From Tubiluchus corallicola (lineage: Eukaryota; Animalia; Priapulida), in the NCBI GenBank assembly GCA_030141605.1, contig JAQGDQ010002143.1, positions 1 through 13,083 on the forward strand: a DNA stretch of 13,083 bases, given 5' to 3'. Every line of letters begins with the position of its first letter. Position 1 is the first letter of the stretch. This document shows, piece by piece, positions 1 through 9,586 of the stretch. A program made the position numbers and the translations under genes. The notes beneath the pieces are model-generated. The model had not been told where the DNA came from and made no database searches. It saw only the letters and a program-made list of their open reading frames with translations.

Positions 1-314
1 TTGCTGTAGTATAGTCTGTGGGAAGGGATTCCTACCTATCACCCCTCCTTTCATAATGCTATAACCTATCCATGCATAACATGATCTTGGAAAGTGGATG
101 ACACAGATATCCAGGAGAGTACAGTGTAACTGCTGAATCTGAAAGCAGCCAAAATGCTTTAACTTTTAACTTTAACTTTACTTTACAAAAACGGTTAAGA
201 CCCTAAACTTGATTATAAGAGTCTCTGAAGCATTAAACTTGTGCACATCTACTATTTGACTGATCTAACATAAAGAGACTATCAGTGGTGATACCAAACT
301 ACTTCAGTTTTGAT

Positions 315-638
315 GTTGTGGATGGAGCTTTATTCACACTGATGAGATGTTGGAACTCTCTACGATGTGTCTTATTCTAAACTACATGGAGAGGCGTGAC
401 TAGCCACCAGTGTCCAGACGTTGTGGATGGAGCTTTATTCACACTGATGAGATGTTGGAACTCTCTACGATGTGTCTTATTCTAAACTACATGGAGAGGC
501 GTGACTAGCCACCAGTGTCCAGACGTTGTGGATGGAGCTTTATTCACACTGATGAGATGTTGGAACTCTCTACGATGTGTCGTATTCTAAACTACATGGA
601 GAGGCGTGACTAGCCACCAGTGTCCAGACTTTGTGGAT
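315..638. repeat. 105-bp tandem triplication (3 copies plus 8-bp partial)
   Basis: Unit GTTGTGGATGGAGCTTTATTCACAC...CCAGTGTCCAGAC starts at 315, 420 and 525. Copies are identical apart from one substitution (582). The unit has stop codons in all six frames. Confidence 0.97.
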
Positions 639-1080
639 TGTGGACGTACCCCCACCATAAAAATCTACTAGCTCCCAACAGCCTCATTAGGGAAAACTGC
701 GTGTTGAACAAACATTGAGACCTAATTGTAACCCATTTGCCATTCCAGTAATTATGCAAACCTGATGCAACTGATTAACCTTTTATGAATACCGCCCACG
801 CCAAATTCTTATAGGCGCTCTGTCAGTTGAGTAATGGTTCCCAATTCCCACCAGACTCGTCTTTAATCTCTTTCTTCATTCTCAATGCATACTCTCCCTC
901 TAGACTCGTCCGTAATTAAATGCCAGATATTGAAGTTTTGCATACGCAACCTGAGCATGGCAATTTATCTGCATCCGTTGCCATGGATGCCGATGTGCAA
1001 TGGGTGCTTCGACGGTCGCATTACAGGAGGTGTTTTTGTGACGGTAACGTTAAAAGAAGCCGCTATTTATTTTAGCCGCA

Positions 1081-2075
1081 TGGAGGAGTTTTGGCTGCTT
1101 ACATTGTAACCAAGTGGGGGAGTTTTGGCTGCTTACATCGTAACCAAGTGGGGGAGTTTTTGGCTGCTTACATTGTAACCAAGTGGGGGAGTTTTTGGCT
1201 GCTTACATTGTAACCAAGTGGGAGAGTTTTTGGCTGCTTACATTGTAACCAAGTGGGGGAGTTTTTGGCTGCTTACATTGTAACCAAGTGGGGGAGTTTT
1301 TGGCTGCTTACATTGTAACCAAGTGGGGGAGTTTTTGGCTGCTTACATTGTAACCAAGTGGGGGAGTTTTTGGCTGCTTACATTGTAACCAAGTGGGGGA
1401 GTTTTTGGCTGCTTACATTGTAACCAAGTGGGGGAGTTTTTGGCTGCTTACATTGTAACCAAGTGGGGGAGTTTTTGGCTGCTTACATTGTAACCAAGTG
1501 GGGGAGTTTGTGCTACATTAGCCAAGTGAAGGAGTTTTTGGCTGCTTACATTGTAACCAAGTGGGGGAGTTTTTGGCTGCTTACATTGTAACCAAGTGGA
1601 GGAGTTTTTAGCTGTTTTAGCTCCTTACATTGTAACCAAGTGGGGGAGTTTTTGGCTGCTTACATTGTAACCAAGTGGAGGAGTTTTTGGCTGCTTACAT
1701 TGTAACCAAGTGGGGGAGTTTTTGGCTGCTTACATTGTAACCAAGTGGGGGAGTTTTTGGCTGCTTACATTGTAACCAAGTGGGGAAGTTTTTGGCTGCT
1801 TACATTGTAACCAAGTGGGGGAGGTTTTGGCTGCTTACATTGTAACCAAGTGGGGAAGTTTTTGGCTGCTTACATTGTAACCAAGTGGGGGAGTTTTTGA
1901 CTGCTTACATCGTAGCCAAGTGGGGGAGTTTTTGACTGCTTACATTGTAACCAAGTGGGGGAGTTTTTAGCTACTTACGTCGTAGCCAAGTGGGGGAGTT
2001 TCAGCTGCTTAAATTGTCTCCGAGTGGGGGAGCTTTAGCAGCTTTCACTGGAGCCAAGTTGGGGACATTTTGGGT
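1081..2075. repeat. 35-bp minisatellite, about 28 copies
   Basis: Unit AAGTGGGGGAGTTTTTGGCTGCTTACATTGTAACC (e.g. starts 1146, 1181). Mostly homogeneous, irregular units near 1500-1530 and 1610-1625, degenerating after about 1900. Confidence 0.97.
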
Positions 2076-2182
2076 GCTAAAACTTTAGCTGCTTCTGCGC
2101 TGTTATAGCTACCATATGACGTAACTGGTGGATTTCCTGACTTTTTCATAAGCGCAACGTGGCTTTCCGGAAGTGCTCACTC

Positions 2183-2376
2183 CTTAAACTAATTCAAACT
2201 TCTGTAACTTATCGTCAAATGTTTAAGCAAACGTATCACAAAACCAGCTTTTTGTTTTTTTGTAAAAACAGTTTATATATTTGACGGAAATTGACATTGG
2301 GCTGCTTTTCTTCAATGGATGAACGACGTCATTGGTGGAAGAATGGGCGTTCAAAATGGGAGCACCCAAGTGTGAA
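2183..2376. mobile_element. Fragment A of a foldback/MITE-like dispersed repeat (core plus right arm)
   Basis: 2183-2211 matches 9733-9761 directly (27/29). 2255-2376 is a diverged reverse complement of about 9587-9702 (shared CCCATTCTT..CCAATGACGTC..TTGAAGAAAAG.AGC..TGTCAA..TTTTTACAAAAAA). Confidence 0.75.
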
Positions 2377-3112
2377 ATGATCGCGACTTTAAAGTGATTT
2401 TACTAATTGCAGGAGGCGCTTAGCACAATCTTACTACTAAAATTTTTCGTAAACATTGAAATAAGCCTAACTTCCCAGACGGCCTGGCGTTTGGTTAAAG
2501 GAAGACAGGATGATGAAAATGGGATGATATACTAACCCATTTTCAAGTCCGATAAACAGTATACTTTTTAACACAATTAATACTGCAAAAGCGTTTCTGA
2601 TGATTAAATAACAGTTTAAAAACTTAATTAACGACTGGTGGGCCAAACTATTGATGGCATCACAAACTAACATAATTTTCAACAGCAAAAATATTCTACG
2701 AGCGTGTTGAACGTGTTTGCGCATCCGAAAATTGAAGTAAGTACAGTGCTACTCTAAGATGTTCCGTGTGTTGTACTAAAACTAGGCAAGTTTTAAGATA
2801 AAAATTCAAAATTTAAATTTACCGCTGTACTCACGCATTTGCTGTCGAACGTGTGTAGTTCGTCACAAACTAACATATCTGAACTGAGAGATGCGGCACG
2901 TGTTTTGTGCGAAATGTGTTTCCGAAATGCAGGCGCTAGAGCCCGTCTAAATTCGCGAAAGGCAAAATGCATGTAACAGCGAAGAACTAGTGGGGCGAAC
3001 GTGAAATTGTGTTTGTGTGGTAATAATTCTTTCACGTAAGTCGTGAAAAATAGTATGTTTCCTTTCAATATTTTAAAGAGTAGATTGTTTTGACCTAGAG
3101 TTTAAGATTTAA

Positions 3113-3796
3113 AGCACAAGAAAACCCTTCATAAACATAAAGCTTGAAAAATTCGTCTTGAAATTTTATATCGCTTACATACTGCCTTTTTGCGTGCAGG
3201 ACTTCAATCGGCAGTAACGCTGTATAAAACATGTAAATTTAAACTCCCACGATGACCGTTAGACGCAGCCATTTTCACGACAGGTCATTTGAAACAAGTT
3301 TAGATAACATTTTGTAAAGTTTGAAAAAATAATCAGAGCATTCGTAGCGCACAAGTCACTAACTAAATAAAATTTTATATTACTGTATCTTGTCAATGAG
3401 ATTAAAAATAGGATTTTTGGTTAGTGAGTGGTGCACCCTGGAGGGTGAGTCAGCGACATTTTACCAATTGGTGAAAACATTTTAAATAATTAATAATTTT
3501 CTTTTCTAGTTTCATAAGTCTTTCTAGTAGGTAAGCGAAAATCTAAGTAATATAGATTTGTACGGAAAGTCTTTTGAGATATAATTTAACATTGCCTTTT
3601 CTTCCCTTAATTTACGTTTGGTGCATGACGTCATGTAATGGCAACTTCGGAACAATATTGCGGGAGATTTAAAATGAAGACAAACTAAAATTCCTTTCAG
3701 TGCGAGTGAGATATACGCATAAAATTGCTATAAAGTAATATAATTTCTTAAGACGATTTTTCTGAAACCTACTTCAGGTACCCCTTTTCTTGTCCT
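3113..3796. mobile_element. Complete non-autonomous DNA transposon, Kolobok/T2-type (684 bp)
   Basis: TTAA at 3109-3112 and 3797-3800. 12-bp TIRs AGCACAAGAAAA (3113-3124) and TTTTCTTGTCCT (3785-3796), one mismatch. Second copy at 5698-6323. A TTAA target with AG(G) termini is characteristic of Kolobok/T2 elements. No transposase ORF. Confidence 0.85.
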
Positions 3797-3840
3797 TTAA
3801 GATAAGGAAACATCTAGACCATTATAAATTCGCATGTGCC

Positions 3841-4047
3841 CAGGGCCTATTTCAATCTAAGCTAGGCCCAGGGAAATGGGGCGCGTGAGGCTCCCTCGGG
3901 GGGAGGGAGGGCGAAGCGCCACCATGGTTGGCGCCCAGAAAATTTTTGAACTGCTAGAACGCCGGAGAAGCAAAAAATGTTACCTTGGCGGGAGGCATGA
4001 AGCCCCGGGGAAGTATCCCCACTCCCCCCCCCATGAAATAGGCCCTG
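3841..4047. mobile_element. hAT-type MITE (207 bp)
   Basis: Perfect 14-bp TIR CAGGGCCTATTTCA (3841-3854) / TGAAATAGGCCCTG (4034-4047). 8-bp flanks CATGTGCC (3833-3840) and CATGCGCC (4048-4055) match 7/8. GC-rich interior. Confidence 0.88.
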
Positions 4048-4459
4048 CATGCGCCTGTAGTGACATTTATCTGAAAAACTTGCAGTAAAAGCAATTGTTA
4101 GGCGCTTAAAATTTCTCCTCCATTGACATTCACTTATTATTCAAAAATGGGAAGGCAATTTAGCGGCTTAGTAACGCTTCGGTAAACATGTAGTTAATGA
4201 TGCTTGTAAATGATGCTGGTTGCTAGGTTATAGTGAAATCGCAGCTTCCTGGATTACCTGTGTAGGAGTAGTGTAATTGCTGTACTGCGTGACCCAAAAA
4301 AAGTGTTCCCGTTTTTATCCTAATGCTGTCTAAAATAGAATGAATTTATGACTTTTTACTATTAAATTTATATTTTTACAAAAAAGATTTGTGCCATGGA
4401 GAAAAGTTTTCAAGGATAGACTTTTTGCGAGGCAAGTGGCTGTGGGGTAACTCAGCCAC

Positions 4460-4573
4460 TGCAACAGCAACGACAGCAGCAACAACAACAGCAGTATCAA
4501 CAGTAAACGTGGGAATGCTAAAGCAAAGGCAGTACACGTCAGTGAGAATGACAACAACGATGATAATAACAAG

Positions 4574-4604
<31 letters not shown>

Positions 4605-4805
4605 CGACGACGACGACGACAACAACAACAACAACAACAACAGCTACACCAGCAACAGTAACAGCAGCAACAGCATTAACAGCAACAGCAACAGCAGCAA
4701 CATCAACAGCAGCAACAGTAACAACAGCAGCAGCAGCAGCAACAGCAGCATTAACAGCAACAGCAACAGCAGCAACAGTAACAACAGCAGCAACAGTAAC
4801 AACAG

Positions 4806-4846
<41 letters not shown>

Positions 4847-4850
4847 GCAA

Positions 4851-4916
<66 letters not shown>

Positions 4917-4985
4917 CAACAGCAACAACAACAGCAGTAACAGTAACAGCAACAGCAACATCAACAGCAGCAGCAGCAACAGGAA

Positions 4986-5081
<96 letters not shown>

Positions 5082-5160
5082 TAGCAGCAGCAACATTTGT
5101 AATGACGACATCGACCGCGACCGCGATGACGACGACAACAACAACTTCTGCTGCTGCTAA
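4460..5160. repeat. Compound trinucleotide microsatellite (CAA)n/(CGA)n/(CAG)n/(CAACAG)n
   Basis: Pure CAA and CGA runs at 4574-4640, mixed CAG/CAA at about 4640-5095, degenerate flanks. Confidence 0.97.
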
Positions 5161-5697
5161 TCATATATTTTCGATGATCACTAATTATATGGATTCCTTG
5201 CAAACAACAACTTCAGTCACATCACTGTTTAGATGATCATAGCCTCAGCAACATCGTTTACCCTGCATGAAACCCTGCATCTGCTCAGTACAGCAATAAT
5301 GCAAACATCATGTAAGAATCAAACATTAACCTTCACAAAAACTCTCTCATGTAATTACTGCTGTACGGCACGAAACACTTTGTCTTCTCTCGAAAAACGT
5401 GCTTGACCGCCACAAGGACAGGAGAGAAAACTGCCCCCCCCACCCCCCATTTGCATGGAACCGCCCCACGGGCGTTAAGCGTACACGCACGCGATGAAAA
5501 CTACGTTTAGATTTAATAAATTCTGGCAGGCTGAAGGCTGGTGTAAATAATTTAGCTGTTAGATTCCTTATTGGGAAAAACAACAGCGGGAGAAACGGAA
5601 GGGAAATTATTGTTGGTGGAGTGCTTCCCCCGAATAATGTTGAAAATTTCTGCGTTCTTTCAGCAGCTTTGCAAAAAAACTCAAAATAATTCATCAG

Positions 5698-6323
5698 AGG
5701 ACAAGAAAAGGGGCACCTGAAGTAGGTTTCAGAAAAATCCCCTTAAAAATTGTAATATTTTACAGCAATTTTACGCGTATATCGTACTTGCATTAAAAGG
5801 AATTTTTGTTTGTTTTCATTTTAAATCTCTCGCAATTCTGTTCCGACAGCGCCATTACATGACGTCACTAAAACACGTAAATCAGGGGAAGAAAAGGAAA
5901 TGTTAAATTATGTCCCAAAAAACTTTCCGTGTAAATCTGTGTTACTTAGCATTTCGCTTACCTACTGTATAGACTTACGTAACTAGAAATAAGAATTTAA
6001 AATGTTCGTGCAAATTGGTAAAACGTCGCTGGCTCCAGGGTGCGCCACTCACTCACCAAAAACGTATTTTAATCTTAATGGCAAAGTACAGTAATTTTAA
6101 ATTTTACCTAGTTAGTAACATGTGCGCTACAAATGTTCTGATTATTTTTTTCAAACTTCACGCAATGTTATCTAAACTTGTTTCCAACGACCTAAAATGG
6201 CTGCGCGTAATGGAGCTTAAATTTACAAGTTTTATACAGCATTACTGCCAACGCAAGCCCTGCATACAAAAAGGTAATATATAACTGTATAAAATTTGAA
6301 GACGAATGAATTTTTAAAGCTTT
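5698..6323 (-). mobile_element. Second, inverted and end-truncated copy of the Kolobok/T2-type element
   Basis: Begins AGGACAAGAAAAGGGGCACCTGAAGTAGGTTTCAGAAAAAT, matching the reverse complement of the 3796 end. Collinear with 3796->3139 with many substitutions and small indels. Lacks the last about 26 bp including the other TIR, and has no flanking TTAA. Confidence 0.9.
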
Positions 6324-6527
6324 GAAAAAAGCCCAGAAAAGGAGTAATGTTGTTACATAACCGCATACGTAGGGTGACATAAGTTTCTCTAAATGCCCAT
6401 TGTATTATTGTGAAAACTTGTAATGTTTTAATGCTGGAGCTGAATGTTTAAGGACTGTCGCATTACGAGCAACTAATACATAGAAAAGAGTTACTCTGCT
6501 GCAGTACCACAAATCTAACTGAGGGCG

Positions 6528-7368
6528 ATTCTTAGAAAAAAAAGTTTATCTTTATCCCATCATTCTTAGAAAAAATGTTTATCTTTATCCCATCATTCTT
6601 AGAAAAAAAAGTTTATCTTTATCCCATCATTCTTAGAAAAAATGTTTATCTTTATCCCATCATTCTTAGAAAAAATGTTTATCTTTATCCCATCATTCTT
6701 AGAAAAAAATGTTTGTCTTTATCCCATCATTCTTAGAAAAAAAATGTTTATCTTTATCCCATCATTCTTAGAAAAAAATGCTTATCTTTAGCCCATCATT
6801 CTTAGAAAAAAAATGTTTATCTTTATCCCATCATTCTTAGAAAAAATGTTTATCTTTATCCCATCATTCTTAGAAAAAATGTTTATCTTTATCCCATCAT
6901 TCTTAGAAAAAAATGTTTATCTTTATCCCATCATTCTTAGAAAAAATGTTTATCTTTATCCCATCATTCTTAGAAAAAAATGTTTATCTTTATCCCATCA
7001 TTCTTAGAAAAAATGTTTATCTTTATCCCATCATTCTTAGAAAAAATGTTTATCTTTATCCCATCATTCTTAGAAAAAAAGTTTATCTTTATCCCATCAT
7101 TCTTAGAAAAAAAGTTTATCTTTATCCCATCATTCTTAGAAAAAATGTTTATCTTTATCCCATCATTCTTAGAAAAAATGTTTATCTTTATCCCATCATT
7201 CTTAGAAAAAATGTTTATCTTTAGCCCATCATTCTTAGAAAAAAAAGTTTATCTTTATCCCATCATTCTTAGAAAAAAAATGTTTATCTTTATCCCATCA
7301 TTCTTAGAAAAAATGTTTATCTTTAGCCCATCATTCATAGAAAAAAATGTTTATCTTTATCCCATCAT
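6528..7368. repeat. 33-35-bp minisatellite, about 25 copies
   Basis: Unit ATTCTTAGAAAAAA(T)GTTTATCTTTATCCCATC. Length varies in the A-run. Confidence 0.97.
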
Positions 7369-7804
7369 ATCGGAAGAGGAATACGGGGCCCAGGGACGCA
7401 AAATACATGCATAGCTTGTGGCTTCATTTACGAGACAAATGACCAAAATTCAAAACATTAAAAGGGTAGGGCGTCGGAAGTTTTTTGCCCCCGGGTGCCA
7501 CAGGTACTTGCTACGCCTGTTTATAAACCCACTGTTTCTATAAACCCCGGCCCTTTAAGTAAAAATACATTTTTTATTAAGTGTGTCAACCATGCTTTAT
7601 TGTTTTATTTTGCCACCTCTTTAGAGTCATCAATTTGAAAGAAAAATCATCATTGTTTGTGAAACTAATGCATTGTGACGTAACACTAACATTCTAAATG
7701 CAATACTCAACTCAGCTGCTAGAAGCATTTTCAGGGAATTCATTCGTTTATACAAAGATCACCAATGCAACAGAAGATAAGTAGTTTATAGACAATGCGG
7801 TAAG

Positions 7805-8884
7805 ATGGCCTCGCAAGAGCTTATTCTGGGCGGACCATGGTACTTTTCCGATTACATCCAACCGGCAGCTGCGGAGTTTGTGGGATGCTGGATATTTGTG
7901 TTTATTGGGACAATGTCAGCTTCCTCTTCCCAGGATAATTTGGTAGGCATTGCACTGGCTCATGGATTCACAATATTCTTGTTGGTTACTGGATTTGGAG
8001 AGATCAGTGGAGGTCATTTCAACCCTGCGGTGAGTCTGGCAACTTTCATTGCAGGACATATGTCCTGGCGAAGACTGGTTTTACACGTTGTAGCTCAGCT
8101 GTGTGGTGGTATAATAGGTTCAGCCTGCACATTAGCCGTCTTGGGCTTGGAGAAGTTTGATCTCTTGTTTGGTGGAAACACAATTATTAGACTAGATGTA
8201 AGTCACGGACAAGCATTATTCTTTGAATGGCTAGCCACCATGGTATTATGCATGTCTGTTCTTCACACTGCATGTGATGCTCGTACGTCTAGTGGGCTTG
8301 GTCCACTTGCCATAGGGCTTACGGTAGCAGCCGGTATTTTGGCTGGCGGTCCAATAACCGGAGCATCAATGAATCCCGCAAGAAGTTTTGGTCCAGTTCT
8401 TATCTACACGGCTATTTGGGTGACTAGTTACTCGCTGGGTGATCTTTGGCATTTTCACTGGGTGCATTGGGTGGGACCTGGTCTTGGAGCAATTTTTGCC
8501 GGACTTCTGTATCGACTTTGCTTTGGTAGCGAAGATAAGAGGTTCATTTTCAAGCCACGTCAAAGAGGTGGTACTGAAGCTGGAGAAGAAGAAGTCACAC
8601 TAAGTATGGTTCCTCAAGCAGGTAGTGCAGAGGCTTCAACGAGGCCAAAAACACCTCAAAGTGAGTTCATTACACCAGCCCAGTCAAGACCTGCAACAGC
8701 AAAAACTGAAGAGACTAGTCCCAAGTCAAGGCCTACAACACCCAAAGCTGTTGGAAACGAACCCACGTCTGAACTCACGGTACCTCAACATACGACACCC
8801 AAAGCTGTTGGAAACGAACCCACGTCTGAACCGACGGTACCTCAACATAGCGGAAATGAAGCACCAGATACCAACAAGACCTGA
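7805..8884 (+). CDS. AQP8: Aquaporin-8-like MIP channel (aquaammoniaporin type), 359 aa, uninterrupted ORF
   Basis: Two NPA boxes (ISGGHFNPAVS; GASMNPARSFGP) and six hydrophobic segments. Motifs ALAHG, ILAGGP and WHFHWVHWVGP closely resemble vertebrate AQP8. Predicted ar/R residues H53/I178/A187/R193. In-frame upstream stop at 7778. The symbol means AQP8-like; orthology is not proven. Confidence 0.95.
   Translation: MASQELILGGPWYFSDYIQPAAAEFVGCWIFVFIGTMSASSSQDNLVGIALAHGFTIFLLVTGFGEISGGHFNPAVSLATFIAGHMSWRRLVLHVVAQLCGGIIGSACTLAVLGLEKFDLLFGGNTIIRLDVSHGQALFFEWLATMVLCMSVLHTACDARTSSGLGPLAIGLTVAAGILAGGPITGASMNPARSFGPVLIYTAIWVTSYSLGDLWHFHWVHWVGPGLGAIFAGLLYRLCFGSEDKRFIFKPRQRGGTEAGEEEVTLSMVPQAGSAEASTRPKTPQSEFITPAQSRPATAKTEETSPKSRPTTPKAVGNEPTSELTVPQHTTPKAVGNEPTSEPTVPQHSGNEAPDTNKT
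8735..8848 (+). repeat. In-frame 57-bp tandem duplication in the aquaporin C-terminal tail
   Basis: Copies at 8735-8791 and 8792-8848 encode TTPKAVGNEPTSE(L/P)TVPQH twice, with three nucleotide differences. Confidence 0.95.
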
Positions 8885-9586
8885 AGTGGATAATGAATGG
8901 TACCACGTTTCGACAAAAACAGTATTTTACCCCAAGTAGGAGACCCCATATCTTCTTTGCTAAATCAGCAATCAGCAGTTGCTGTTCATACAAGAACTTA
9001 TTAGTATGCTGTGTCACACATCTCAAGAAATTGCATATTTTTTGTTATTTTATCGTTTCAAAAGGTTTCCTTTGCTATTATTCTTCAGATTATATACACA
9101 TGAAGTAGGTCTAGATTTACACTGTACATCACTGTTATCAAGTTTGCATGTTTTGCGCTTGTGATATTGTTTTCTCATATATATATAAAACACTTGCTAC
9201 AAATGGGCTTCAGTTACACTGTAATCCATTACAGTCGTGTGGCTTCTCATCTTTTATTTAATTTCAATTTCAGAAGACAAAATTTGCAACATCGTGCTGG
9301 TTTTGAAACATTTTAGACTGGCGCAAATCCCGAATAAGTGCTTCTGCATGTTCAGCAGGCATTTTTTCTAAAAGTGAGCATCATAGCCAAAGGTTGGCTG
9401 TTGCCAGGTCGAAAAATTAGCGAAAAGGGTTGAAATTGCAAAAACGAAGCAAAATGGCCGCCAAGTTTTTGGACAAGCAACGTAAATCAAGAGAAATTTC
9501 CAGAAAATTATCATTCAAAACCGATTATGACATCTATTCCAGGGTAGTTGGACCTAAGGAATCCGTGTGCGTTAATTTAATTTTAC

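Noticed and set aside
158-186. Short (CTTTAA)-like run resembling a telomeric seed
   Set aside because: About five degenerate units that do not match TTAGGG or TTAGG; ordinary low complexity.
971-990. RFX X-box-like GTTGCCATGGATGC inside a small hairpin (weaker matches near 4219 and 12386)
   Set aside because: Imperfect matches several kb from the gene with no identified promoter, so compatible with chance.
1081-2075. CRISPR-like array (35-bp repeat; likewise the 33- and 72-bp arrays)
   Set aside because: Units are head-to-tail with no unique spacers, there are no cas genes, and the context is eukaryotic.
4330-5203. PolyQ, polyL and polyC ORFs
   Set aside because: Microsatellite translations. 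The polyQ frame contains several stops and there is no flanking domain.
5420-5690. GC-rich patches resembling MITE remnants
   Set aside because: No TIR pair, TSD or second copy in the window.
3139-6323. One large transposon with about 630-bp TIRs carrying the CAG tract
   Set aside because: The left arm is itself a complete element with its own TIRs and TTAA flanks, and the shared terminus faces inward. Two independent copies explain it better.
6813-7414. MFIFIPSFLEK-repeat ORFs
   Set aside because: Products of the 33-bp minisatellite. A-run length changes shift the frames at random.
8366-9164. ORFs overlapping or just downstream of the aquaporin (8366-8563, 8625-8939, 8775-9026, 8893-9108, 8979-9164)
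   Set aside because: Short shadow-frame or UTR ORFs with no recognisable motifs.
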